A DNA stretch of 64,000 nucleotides from a virus (taxonomy: Duplodnaviria > Caudoviricetes): positions 32,001 to 96,000 of the IMG/VR virus record IMGVR_UViG_3300010163_000001. One strand, 5' to 3'. The notes under the pieces were generated by a model. That model worked only from the letters and a program-made list of their open reading frames with translations. It did no database searches and was not told the DNA's origin. The position numbers and the translations under genes were made by a program. Shown here in pieces: positions 39,173-48,525 of this stretch; the first letter of the stretch is position 1; each line of letters begins with the position of its first letter.

Positions 39173-39892
39173 TTAATTCCATATTTCGTCAAGATGTTCA
39201 ATTTTCCATTCCTTTATCTTTTCATAACAAAGATCCTCTATATATTTTTTTCTTGTTCGTTTTTCTTCTTCTGTAAGTAATCCATAGTCAAGTTTATCCT
39301 CAAAATAGATAAACCTGAAAGAAATACTACAATAACATTCTTTTTCAAGGGTCCATCTATTTTGATCAGGTTTTTTGCAAGACTTAGCAACTGTATGTTT
39401 TCTAACAGATCCAGCTACAGATATCTCGATTTCATGCTTATAACAAAATACCACTTCATTATAATCCTCGATTAAATCAACAATGTTTTCTTTTGTATAA
39501 AGTGGAACCACCGAATATGAAAAATCAAAGTTTGTTTCAGAATTTGACCCATCCATACAACTTACAATGTTTTGAGCGAGCTCATGATCCATACAAGCGG
39601 CAATTTGATATTCTCTTCTAGTAGATTCTCTTTTTTTATTTATCAGAAATATTGACTCACAATTAGGATGCTCGCTTTCAACATTCGGTTTTTTTGTTGC
39701 CTCTATAAGAAGTGTATTGTCATTAGGGAAATATGTTGCTGTTCGCACATACTTCTTATAATAAGGAAAGAATAATTTATATTGACTAAGCGTTGCACTC
39801 GCAGAATCTTTCTCTTCACTTTTAATTTCAATCTTCATTTTAGGGTCAACTTTTAATCCATTCAATAGATTTATCAGTCCAACAATTCTCAT
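39173..39892 (-). CDS. Hypothetical protein, paralogue of 38443-39156
   Basis: MRIVGLINLL...IEDLCYEKIKEWKI. Confidence 0.7.
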   Translation of the reverse strand: MRIVGLINLLNGLKVDPKMKIEIKSEEKDSASATLSQYKLFFPYYKKYVRTATYFPNDNTLLIEATKKPNVESEHPNCESIFLINKKRESTRREYQIAACMDHELAQNIVSCMDGSNSETNFDFSYSVVPLYTKENIVDLIEDYNEVVFCYKHEIEISVAGSVRKHTVAKSCKKPDQNRWTLEKECYCSISFRFIYFEDKLDYGLLTEEEKRTRKKYIEDLCYEKIKEWKIEHLDEIWN

Positions 39893-39910
39893 TTTATTCC
39901 CTCCTTGTTT

Positions 39911-40084
39911 TTAGTCCGAAATATATTGAATCAGGTCTTTTTTTGTAATTCTATACACCTTATCTCCAATACGTTTTGCCGGGATAGTCCCATCCTTCAA
40001 TAGTTTGTAAACTAAATTTTTCCCAATTCCCAAAATTTCCATAACTTCTTGTGGGGTAAGTACGTCCGGATATTTCTCTAACAT
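39911..40084 (-). CDS. Excisionase-like HTH DNA-binding protein (57 aa)
   Basis: MLEKYPDVLTPQEVMEILGIGKNLVYKLLKDGTIPAKRIG..YRITKKDL; AAGGAG RBS. Confidence 0.8.
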   Translation of the reverse strand: MLEKYPDVLTPQEVMEILGIGKNLVYKLLKDGTIPAKRIGDKVYRITKKDLIQYISD

Positions 40085-40330
40085 TTTAGTTTTCTCCTTT
40101 TCTTATTGTAATAAGTCATCTTGTGCCTTTATTTAAGAAATCCTACAATCTCTCAACTTTTCCCAATATCTTTCCAACGCGATGATATTCGCATATCGAT
40201 AACATTTTTCGAATAGCATATACATATTGAAGTTATAATCACGCTGCGATAAAGGCTGTGATAAAAAGTCATGAATTTCATTCAGATCTTCAATTGTATA
40301 TCTCATTTTAAATCACCTCTTTTCATATTA

Positions 40331-40693
40331 TTAAACAATGATAATTGAACTTTTTACAAGAAGATACCCCCCTCTTTGTGGAAAGATATCTCTTTCATAA
40401 AGAGTATCTGTTACTTGAACTGCATTCAATACCTGTTTTGGAAAATAAAAATTATCGATGAAATCAGCACATTCTGCACTTGTATTAAATAATACAGGAC
40501 GTTTTGTTAAATTCATCGACTCTTTGATTGCCATTGTAAATACTCTGGAATAGAATTTCTTATCATTCGTATCTTCCTCCTTTCCTTCAAAAGAAAGACC
40601 AACAAACCATTTTCCGATAATTTCTTCTTTCTTTTCTAATTGTGTGACATTGAAACTTTGTCTCCTCCATGTAATATGACCATTATATGCCAT
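40331..40693 (-). CDS. Hypothetical protein
   Basis: Start MAYNG after AGGAGG. Confidence 0.65.
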   Translation of the reverse strand: MAYNGHITWRRQSFNVTQLEKKEEIIGKWFVGLSFEGKEEDTNDKKFYSRVFTMAIKESMNLTKRPVLFNTSAECADFIDNFYFPKQVLNAVQVTDTLYERDIFPQRGGYLLVKSSIIIV

Positions 40694-40800
40694 TTTATTA
40701 TTTCCTCCTTTCATAAAATAAATATATCTTTAAAAATCACAATGATAAAAAGTGGTGATAAATAAAATATATACTCATCACCACTTTTATCAGTTATATC

Positions 40801-43602
40801 TTAATATAAATGTAATACACGTTCGTTAATTTCTTTTGTCTTTCCTTCGTTCCATCCTGCTTCAAGTGTTCCAAGATAACCACAAGTTCTACGAACTACA
40901 ATTAACTTATGAATATCCGTACATCCACATTTTGGACATTGCCATACGCCTTCGTCATTGGTTTTTATTTCTCCATCAAATCCACATTCACTACAATAAT
41001 CAGATCGTGTATTAAACTCTCCATATCTCACATTATCATAAATGAATTTGATAAGTTCTTCTACTGCTTCCACATTGTTATTTAAATTTGGAATCTCTAC
41101 ATAGGAAATACATCCGCCAGAAGAAATATTCTGATAAACGGATTCCAATCCCAATTTAGAAAAAGCATCAATTGGTTCTGTAGGTGTCACATGATACGAA
41201 TTTGTCAGCCAGCCTTTATCTGTAATTCCTTCTACATCTCCGTATACCTTCTTAATCTTTTCACAAAGACTATAACATACAGATTCTGCTGGAGTTCCAT
41301 ATAAACTAAACCCAATATCGGTAGATGCTTTCCAATTATCAGTTGCAGCTCTTAATGCATTCATGACCTTTAATGAAAATTCCCTTCCATATCCTTCTGT
41401 ATGGGATTCTCCTGTGATATATTTCACACACTCATATAAACCGATATATCCAAGTGAAATAGAAGAATAATTTCCATGTAATAATGGATCAATTACTTCA
41501 CCAGGTTTCAATCTAGAAATTGCACCGTCTTGCCAATGTATTGGACTAACATCTGATTTAACACCTTCTAACGCTTTATGTCTACACATTAATGCATCGA
41601 AGCATATTGCCAACCTGTCATTTAATAAAGACCAGAATGTATCTTCATCTCCTTTTGCATCAAGTGCAAGCATGGGTAAGTTTAAAGTGACAACACCTTG
41701 ATTAAACCGTCCTTCCCATTTATATTTACCATTTTCATCTTTCCATGGTCCTAAGAAAGATCTACAATTATGGGAATAAATATTATTTACTTCAAAGTGT
41801 TCTGATTCTGTAGTTACATCATATGACCAATCCGCTAAAGTAAACTTCTCTACAGAGTCAACTTCTGTTTCTGTCAATGTATTCAAAGCAACTTCTTGGT
41901 GGAATTCCTCTGTTAATACAGACTTATGCTCCTCATTGTATCTGTCTATTATTTCACTATGCGCACGAAGTCCATGCTCCATATCAAACGTAGTAATAAT
42001 ATCACCATCAGGTTTCAAATTAATAGCTTGCACTTCACCTCTATTTTCTGTATCAAATGGATGATCGTAAGTGCATTTTAAACTCAATCCATTTTTCATA
42101 GTTACTTTTACCCAATCAGTAGCTTTATTTTTAATAATTCTTTGTAATTTTACGTAACCTTTCTTTGTATCCCATACTTTGAAATTTTCTTTTTCATCAG
42201 TAATGTCCATATATAAATAATCTCGATTTCCAGGAATTTGTTCTTTTACTTCATATTTTCTAGCAAGCCTCTTCCATATATTAGAAAAGGTATCTTTTCC
42301 ATAAATGGAAGTATCTTCTTCATCAACAAAAGAATACATAATTGATGAATCACCGGATACACATCCCATACAGCCAAATACTTCGCCATCATACTGCTCT
42401 TTCATGATCTTTTCACTGATGTAATCAGGATACATGCGTTTCGCAGAACATTTTGCGGCAAGATGAGTAAGATAATCATATTTTCCACCCTTTAAGCAAT
42501 TACTTTCTGTTAATACATATACTAATTTTGGAAATGGTGGTGTGGTATAAATGCCATCTTTGTTTTTTAATCCTTCTAAACGTTGTCTAAGAATTTCTTC
42601 TATAATCATTGCATTTTCTTCAATGTACGGATCATCATCCCTCAAGTACATAAAAATTGTTACAAAGGGTGACTGTCCATTCGTCGTCATTAGACTATTT
42701 ATCTGATATTGAATACATTGAATACCAGCTTTCAATTCAATTTGTAATTCCTCTTTTACAAGAGAACTTATTAATTCTTCTAATTCATCAGCCTTTTCCT
42801 GAGGCATATCTTCGTGTCCATACCATTTATATACAGTATCACGAATGCGTTTCTCAAATTTCTCTTTTGTATATGCTAAATATTCTCCTAACACATCCGA
42901 ATAGAATGTTTGTCCACCATACTGATTACTAGCAATATCAGCCATACTTTGAGTTATTACATTACAAGCAACCCTAAATGATTTTGGCTTTTCAATTGCA
43001 ACGCCATGAACCAATGTCCCATTATGAAGCATATCTCTAAAGTTTGGAAGGCAACAATTGAACTCGGGCATCATAAAATAATCCATATCATGAAAATGTA
43101 TAGTCCCTCTATCATGAGCTTCCACAATATTCCTTGGTAATAAGATCCTAGCTGCTAAGTCTTTACTAACCTCTCCAGCTATCAAATCTCTTTTTGTAGA
43201 GTTTATCGTTGACTTTTTATTCGAGTTTTCTCTTGCAACCAATTCATTTTCATCCTTTAAAAGGGACATAATAGACTCATCCGTAGAATTCGATTTACGG
43301 ATAAGATTTCTTTTATAACGGTACGTAATATATCTACGAGCAACATCAAATTTATTTAAGAACATAAGTTGATCTTCAATTAAATTCTGAATAGATTTTA
43401 CATCAGATACAGGTTCTCCTGATTCTGAAACAAATTGTGCAATAGATTCAATTTGATTATTTGATAAATAGGATTTTTCATCCTTTTTAAATAATTTCGT
43501 TTCTTCATTTGCTTTTTCTATAGCAACAATAATTTTACTAATGTTAAATGGAACTACTGTCTTACCATCCCGTTTTATTACTGATTTAATCATTAAATCC
43601 AT
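40801..43602 (-). CDS. nrdD: Anaerobic ribonucleoside-triphosphate reductase with ATP cone and intein
   Basis: VIKRDG ATP cone, HFHDMDY, NCCL, QYGGQ, GQSPF, MG[intein]CRSFL, TPAES, TNSYH, CxxC pairs, RRTCGYLG. Confidence 0.95.
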   Translation of the reverse strand: MDLMIKSVIKRDGKTVVPFNISKIIVAIEKANEETKLFKKDEKSYLSNNQIESIAQFVSESGEPVSDVKSIQNLIEDQLMFLNKFDVARRYITYRYKRNLIRKSNSTDESIMSLLKDENELVARENSNKKSTINSTKRDLIAGEVSKDLAARILLPRNIVEAHDRGTIHFHDMDYFMMPEFNCCLPNFRDMLHNGTLVHGVAIEKPKSFRVACNVITQSMADIASNQYGGQTFYSDVLGEYLAYTKEKFEKRIRDTVYKWYGHEDMPQEKADELEELISSLVKEELQIELKAGIQCIQYQINSLMTTNGQSPFVTIFMYLRDDDPYIEENAMIIEEILRQRLEGLKNKDGIYTTPPFPKLVYVLTESNCLKGGKYDYLTHLAAKCSAKRMYPDYISEKIMKEQYDGEVFGCMGCVSGDSSIMYSFVDEEDTSIYGKDTFSNIWKRLARKYEVKEQIPGNRDYLYMDITDEKENFKVWDTKKGYVKLQRIIKNKATDWVKVTMKNGLSLKCTYDHPFDTENRGEVQAINLKPDGDIITTFDMEHGLRAHSEIIDRYNEEHKSVLTEEFHQEVALNTLTETEVDSVEKFTLADWSYDVTTESEHFEVNNIYSHNCRSFLGPWKDENGKYKWEGRFNQGVVTLNLPMLALDAKGDEDTFWSLLNDRLAICFDALMCRHKALEGVKSDVSPIHWQDGAISRLKPGEVIDPLLHGNYSSISLGYIGLYECVKYITGESHTEGYGREFSLKVMNALRAATDNWKASTDIGFSLYGTPAESVCYSLCEKIKKVYGDVEGITDKGWLTNSYHVTPTEPIDAFSKLGLESVYQNISSGGCISYVEIPNLNNNVEAVEELIKFIYDNVRYGEFNTRSDYCSECGFDGEIKTNDEGVWQCPKCGCTDIHKLIVVRRTCGYLGTLEAGWNEGKTKEINERVLHLY
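41767..42363 (-). mobile_element. Mini-intein (199 aa) in NrdD
   Basis: CVSGDS N-terminus, CTYDHPF block B, SYDVTT..HF....IYSHN/C C-terminus; no LAGLIDADG motif seen. Confidence 0.9.
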
Positions 43603-43761
43603 TCCTTTCTTTTTTATATTTATAAAATTGTAAAAATGAATATACTTTTTACACTCATTTTTACAATTAACTCTGAAAATATCAGAGTTAAAGTCTTTTT
43701 ATCAGTATCCCCCTTTCTACTTAAAATAATATAGAAATCCTTATATTTTTACACTTAAGAC

Positions 43762-43803
43762 AAAAAAAGAAAGGCTCCCATAAAAAGGAGCCTTTCTTTT
43801 TTT
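43762..43803. terminator. Intrinsic terminator
   Basis: aaaaaaagaaaggctcc...ggagcctttcttttttt. Confidence 0.8.
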
Positions 43804-43819
43804 GTAATCACGATCACTT

Positions 43820-44017
43820 TTAGTCTGTGATCGTGATTACTTCTTTTTCAGCCGGTATTGTATCCAGTATCATGATGGTCATCGGTTCAATCGGCTTTCT
43901 GTCGTCGTCGTCGCCGCCGAGCTCTGAAAACTTACTGACGTTTGCTGTCTCGATAAGTTTCTTCAGCAGCATCTTTTCGAATTTCCTTTTCAAAAAATAA
44001 CTTTTAATTTTAGCCAT
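43820..44017 (-). CDS. Small early protein (cassette payload)
   Basis: Cassette leader upstream. Confidence 0.7.
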   Translation of the reverse strand: MAKIKSYFLKRKFEKMLLKKLIETANVSKFSELGGDDDDRKPIEPMTIMILDTIPAEKEVITITD

Positions 44018-44094
44018 AATATTTATCCTCCTTATGTTTTATTTTTCTTATAGCTATTAAAATAATATGTATATAAATAAGGGGAGAAAAACGG
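44010..44094 (-). repeat. Promoter-leader-RBS cassette, copy D
   Basis: CCGTTTTTCTCC...CATATTATTTTAATAGCTATAAGAAAAATAAAACATAAGGAGGATAAATATTATGGCTAA. Confidence 0.8.
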
Positions 44095-44128
44095 TATATG
44101 AATAAAATTCATATACCGTTTATTTATA

Positions 44129-45838
44129 TTAATCAAGTACTTCGTCAGATTCCCCAAACGAAGGAATAGTTGGATCAGGAGTTACTGGCGTATCTGTTCC
44201 TGTTTCTTCATCTTTTTTCTCTTCCCCTGTTTCGGGATGACTAATTGGATCATCTTCCTTTGGTTGATCTGACCCTGGATCCGTTGTTGTAGGTGTATCT
44301 GGGTCTGTTTCTTCTTCATCATCCTCTTCCGAAACATATTTTTCGAGATTCTGTACCTTACCATTAATTTTAACAACCGGGAGGTTATTCTTATTAAAGA
44401 GCAAATATTTTCCACCACTTGAGTACAAATAGAACAATTGAAGATTGTCTTTATGAATGGTTTTATCAATATTGATAACCGCATTACTCCAACTTGTTGT
44501 ATATTCTGCAGGTTGAATAAGAAGAATTCCCGCATACTCCTCATCTGTATCTGTAGCATTATAGGTATTTCCAACAATATTAAGAATATATTGAGGATTA
44601 TAACCGGTTCCTAACCGAATTGCATTTTTCGAAACTTCCCAAATATTATTCTTAATATCAATTGTAGCCCCTTCCGCTACATTATAAATGTTAATATGAT
44701 TATGAGAGCAACTATTTTCTGAGAAATAATTGTTATTAAAGAAACTACCGTCTTTTAATCTGCAACGTAACTGGAATAGATTATAGATATCTCTTCCACC
44801 CGGATTTCCAAAATAGCAACCGGAAACTTGAACTAACATTGGATCAGAACTTTCTGTTCTTATACCAAAGACTTCTTTCCTATTAAGATCTTCATTTGGT
44901 GTAATACCAGAAAAGATGCAATTCTTAATTATAACAGAATTTGCTTTTCCCAATTCTAAAATTGCGTCCTTTGTAAGTACTAAACCATCCAATACAACAT
45001 CCACATTCCCATTTATTGTAATCTTTCCAGAAAGTACAGTTTCATTCGCAAATTTAATTTTGTCTCTAGTTGTCTTTGATGCTGAAAGACCAGCCTTATT
45101 TCCCATAAGTGTTACAGATTTAGAGAGTGTAAGTTCCTCTGTAAACTCACCAATTCCAAGCTGTAAAGTATCTTCAATACTTGTTAATGCATCATTAATA
45201 GAGTCATATGGCGTAACAGGTGAAATAGCTTCACCAATAGATTTGACCAAATTCACATTGATACTTTTTATTTTTCCGTCTACATTAAATTTTAAAGATT
45301 CAGGCATAAGTTTCTTATTATACGTAATGGCGACTAACCTTCCAGATAAATATGCTTCGTCTCCCTTTGAAAGATACTCTAAATCTTTCACATATTGCCC
45401 TTCTTCTAAGCTGAACGTATTCACTGTATTATCGGACAGAAGAACTTCATCATCAAAACCATATGCTAACCAAGTTTTGATTCGGTCAACATTTTCAATT
45501 CCTTCATCTTCAAGAATTTCTTTCACTGGAATATTTTGAAGGTTGGAATTGAATTCTTTTGATGCATCAATAACAATTATTTCAGGTGTTACGTCGAATT
45601 CAAAGTAAGAACGTAACTTACTAGCATTTGTATAAAAACGCTTTACTGTATTTATTTTTGGTATAATATTTGCTACCCGCCCAGTAATCTTTTCAATCTG
45701 TTTATCACAAACATACCGAAAATCCGTTACTTTGTCATTCACAGTGAATGTTTTCATTGTATCGGTTCCATCTTCAAAAATGACTTTTATAAATAAAGTC
45801 AGAAATGGGGTAATTGTATTATTTACAATCCTGGACAT
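44129..45838 (-). CDS. Putative virion protein with right-handed beta-helix region and acidic Pro/Thr tail
   Basis: Asn/Ile-rich repeats (IKNCIF, FNNNYF, IKNNIW, IVGNTY); AAC-N7-TAA at 45865-45877. Confidence 0.55.
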   Translation of the reverse strand: MSRIVNNTITPFLTLFIKVIFEDGTDTMKTFTVNDKVTDFRYVCDKQIEKITGRVANIIPKINTVKRFYTNASKLRSYFEFDVTPEIIVIDASKEFNSNLQNIPVKEILEDEGIENVDRIKTWLAYGFDDEVLLSDNTVNTFSLEEGQYVKDLEYLSKGDEAYLSGRLVAITYNKKLMPESLKFNVDGKIKSINVNLVKSIGEAISPVTPYDSINDALTSIEDTLQLGIGEFTEELTLSKSVTLMGNKAGLSASKTTRDKIKFANETVLSGKITINGNVDVVLDGLVLTKDAILELGKANSVIIKNCIFSGITPNEDLNRKEVFGIRTESSDPMLVQVSGCYFGNPGGRDIYNLFQLRCRLKDGSFFNNNYFSENSCSHNHINIYNVAEGATIDIKNNIWEVSKNAIRLGTGYNPQYILNIVGNTYNATDTDEEYAGILLIQPAEYTTSWSNAVINIDKTIHKDNLQLFYLYSSGGKYLLFNKNNLPVVKINGKVQNLEKYVSEEDDEEETDPDTPTTTDPGSDQPKEDDPISHPETGEEKKDEETGTDTPVTPDPTIPSFGESDEVLD

Positions 45839-45941
45839 ATAAATTCCTCCTTTACGCTATTATTTTACCAAGATGTTCTGAATATATTCAATCAATTTCG
45901 TAAACTATTAATAAAAATATAATCAAAATATTTAAAAAACA

Positions 45942-45980
45942 AAAAAAGAAAGTATGCTTTTTTAACATACTTTCTTTTTT
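45942..45980. terminator. Intrinsic terminator downstream of array 2
   Basis: aaaaaagaaagtatg...catactttctttttt. Confidence 0.8.
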
Positions 45981-46108
45981 ACATCTCTGCACTAGACGAA
46001 ACACACTTAACTTTACTTCACAGAACCATAACAAACCATACTCCGCATAACCTTACCCATCCTCTTCTATACATTACTTTACTTCACAGAACCACAGCAT
46101 AGCTGTTC
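45978..46108 (-). ncRNA. Pentamer-periodic (G-N4) repeat array 2, candidate non-coding RNA
   Basis: ~26 consecutive G-initiated units with GG hexamers; 19-nt direct repeat at 46010-46028 and 46076-46094. Confidence 0.7.
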
Positions 46109-46122
46109 TATTTGTCTAATGA

Positions 46123-46662
46123 CTATGCAAAAATTTCATCCGCTCTTCTTGCCATGTCTTCAAAGGAAATCGAACCATTATACAATTTTCGACGACTCCT
46201 CTTGTTGTATATTACAACATTTGACACAACATTTTCTCCTTCAATACATTCTATATCAATTGGCTCTTGATTTTTAAGCTTACTGATAAATTCCGGAATC
46301 GTATTTGCTATACTTAATAAAGATGTCATGATATACCCTTCTAGAGTATCATCGTCATCCATGTCAATGACATCCTGCATTCCCATAACTTCCAAGCTAG
46401 TAACCTTCCCACCTGTTGTGTGGAAGATAATTGCTTCATGCAGCAAACCGAGCATTGCTATTTTCCGGTATTCATCTTTCCCGGCGCTGTCTATCAGTGC
46501 AGATGCCAATTGCTCAGGTGTAAAGGAGCCATTTAATCTCGGATCGCCGTCGAATTGCATTTCAGTAAGTGCCATCATTTGTTCTGTGATAATGGCAATT
46601 GCCATCGTAACTTTTAGTTCTCCCCATGCGTCCTTAAATTGATCAATAATATTGTTTTTCAT
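46123..46662 (-). CDS. Hypothetical early protein upstream of array 2
   Basis: GGAGG RBS; ATATATTAT at 46710-46718. Confidence 0.75.
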   Translation of the reverse strand: MKNNIIDQFKDAWGELKVTMAIAIITEQMMALTEMQFDGDPRLNGSFTPEQLASALIDSAGKDEYRKIAMLGLLHEAIIFHTTGGKVTSLEVMGMQDVIDMDDDDTLEGYIMTSLLSIANTIPEFISKLKNQEPIDIECIEGENVVSNVVIYNKRSRRKLYNGSISFEDMARRADEIFA

Positions 46663-46746
46663 TATAATTCCTCCGTTTCTTAAAATTGATTTAGTTTCTT
46701 TACCTAAAAATAATATATGTGTAATTCTCGAGTAATTTCAATGAAA

Positions 46747-46983
46747 TTACTCTATTTTAATACCTTTATCGTCGAGATAAAACTCTGTTCCTCGAAGTAG
46801 AATGTCACATCCGGGGACATGCATACTGTTAACACTTCCAAATCCTTTTACTTTCATTTCATCAAAGATGTGAGGTACATGATCAATATTTATATAATTT
46901 TCATATACGTCACCGATACTAGTCAACATTATGGAGATTGCATCGGTCTTTGCAACCTTCTTTCTAAGCTTCTTAAACTTCAA
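46747..46983 (-). CDS. Hypothetical protein
   Basis: AAGGAG RBS, TTG start. Confidence 0.6.
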   Translation of the reverse strand: MKFKKLRKKVAKTDAISIMLTSIGDVYENYINIDHVPHIFDEMKVKGFGSVNSMHVPGCDILLRGTEFYLDDKGIKIE

Positions 46984-46999
46984 TAAGATTATCTCCTTT

Positions 47000-47383
47000 C
47001 TAACTTGTAATTCCCTTAATCCAAGTTCCCATCATATCTGCTAATGCGCTAACTTGCGGTAGATAATCGGGTCTCTGAACACTAAATTCTACTGATATAT
47101 CTTTAGATGGATTCGGATTTACTCTCTCATCAGGTTTCATCTTCATATCTTTTGGTTCCGGATTAATAGGAGAAGACATTTTGGTTGGATAACATCCTGT
47201 GAATACTTTGATACTTTGAGGATGTTTTAAATCCATTCTCTTGGAATCAATAATGTGAATGATATCTCGACCATCCCCTTTTGTATATTTGGATGCAACC
47301 CTCATAATCAATTTTCTACGAAATCCGTAATAGGTTCTACAACCAAGACGACGTTGTATTTTCTTCTTTATCCGCTTATTCAT
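47000..47383 (-). CDS. Hypothetical protein
   Basis: ORF in operon. Confidence 0.65.
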   Translation of the reverse strand: MNKRIKKKIQRRLGCRTYYGFRRKLIMRVASKYTKGDGRDIIHIIDSKRMDLKHPQSIKVFTGCYPTKMSSPINPEPKDMKMKPDERVNPNPSKDISVEFSVQRPDYLPQVSALADMMGTWIKGITS

Positions 47384-47401
47384 AAGTATTTTCCTTTCTT
47401 G

Positions 47402-47881
47402 TTACAGCCACCCATTATCAATATAGTCAAAAAGATCTTGATCAATTAATGGAGAATTTTCATTTCTAAGTTCTTTTAAATAATTATAAACATCATAGTT
47501 GTATCTAAATGCCCAAAGAATTAAATTGTATTCATCAACTCTCGAATCTGCACCTTTTTCAATTAATGATTTAATGACATCTAAATTTATAACTTGTGGT
47601 TCTCCTAAAATAACCTTTGTAGCATACCATCCATGAATTTCAGGACCATCTTGTATCATGGATTCCGGACAATAAATCGGGGTTTCACCTTCTGGCAATG
47701 TTACAGTACAGATAATTGGACCATAATGAAGGTATGCAAAAATATGCTTTATGTCTGTGAAATAGCATACCATCTGATCTCCGTCTTCGGTTTTAACTTG
47801 ACTAAGATCATTAAAACCCGTCTTATACTTATATCCACATCTAGAACAACTGGCGCTAAGAACTTTGTAATACTTTTCCAT
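47402..47881 (-). CDS. Protein resembling the Mimiviridae ankyrin-protein N-terminal domain plus one ankyrin-like repeat
   Basis: YKYKTGFN, YFTDIKHIFAYL.YG, KVILGE, SLIEKGADSR. Confidence 0.55.
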   Translation of the reverse strand: MEKYYKVLSASCSRCGYKYKTGFNDLSQVKTEDGDQMVCYFTDIKHIFAYLHYGPIICTVTLPEGETPIYCPESMIQDGPEIHGWYATKVILGEPQVINLDVIKSLIEKGADSRVDEYNLILWAFRYNYDVYNYLKELRNENSPLIDQDLFDYIDNGWL

Positions 47882-47936
47882 TTCTATTCTCCTTTCTTTA
47901 GAATTAGTTTGATTATTTTTGAGACAGCAAAAACAC

Positions 47937-48155
47937 TTAAAAATTTTTTTTGATAATACTCAAAAGGACATGACTAATGAAGTATTCGATTAATATTAAA
48001 CCAAACACAAATAGCGTATTAAGTAATACTTTTATTATGGAATGACACTGTAGGGAACTAATGAATGGAATCATGATATATAAAAGAGTTCCACCAACTA
48101 TTCCAATTAATAAAATAGATAAAACTGATAACACAGTATAAATTGTTTGCTTCAT
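47937..48155 (-). CDS. Small two-TM membrane protein
   Basis: Two hydrophobic helices. Confidence 0.6.
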   Translation of the reverse strand: MKQTIYTVLSVLSILLIGIVGGTLLYIMIPFISSLQCHSIIKVLLNTLFVFGLILIEYFISHVLLSIIKKNF

Positions 48156-48490
48156 TAATCATCGTTCCTTTCATAATTATCGTTTATGAAATCTTCCCAG
48201 CTATTGTAAAGTAATAATACCTCTGTATCACCGTTATCAAATTGTGAAAAGACATATTTATCCGTCACAATTAACAGAGTATGGATACAGTTACATCCTT
48301 CAGGAATTGGTTGAACACATTCATGATCATACCTTAAATGTAATAACTCAAAATCCTTATTTAATACTACTAATGGGTCAGTATCCTTCCAGAGGCAAAT
48401 TAGAGATGCTTCTTTTCCTTCATAATTTGCAATCTTCTTTATCTTTGCGTCTATCTTTGCTACTAGGTCTTTTGTTGCTTCCATATACAT
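48155..48490 (-). CDS. Hypothetical protein
   Basis: AAGGAG RBS. Confidence 0.65.
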   Translation of the reverse strand: MYMEATKDLVAKIDAKIKKIANYEGKEASLICLWKDTDPLVVLNKDFELLHLRYDHECVQPIPEGCNCIHTLLIVTDKYVFSQFDNGDTEVLLLYNSWEDFINDNYERNDD

Positions 48491-48525
48491 ATCTCCTTTC
48501 TAATGGAAAATTTGTGATACATGTA

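Noticed and set aside
39911-40084. Prophage or integrative element boundary
   Set aside because: The excisionase-like HTH has no integrase or att site nearby; the flanks are continuous phage genes
44182-45539. Antisense and alternate-frame ORFs (e.g. 44916-45539 +, 44182-44577 -, and similar ones such as 13587-14018 +, 22849-23274 +)
   Set aside because: Shadow ORFs of longer genes; no RBS and atypical composition
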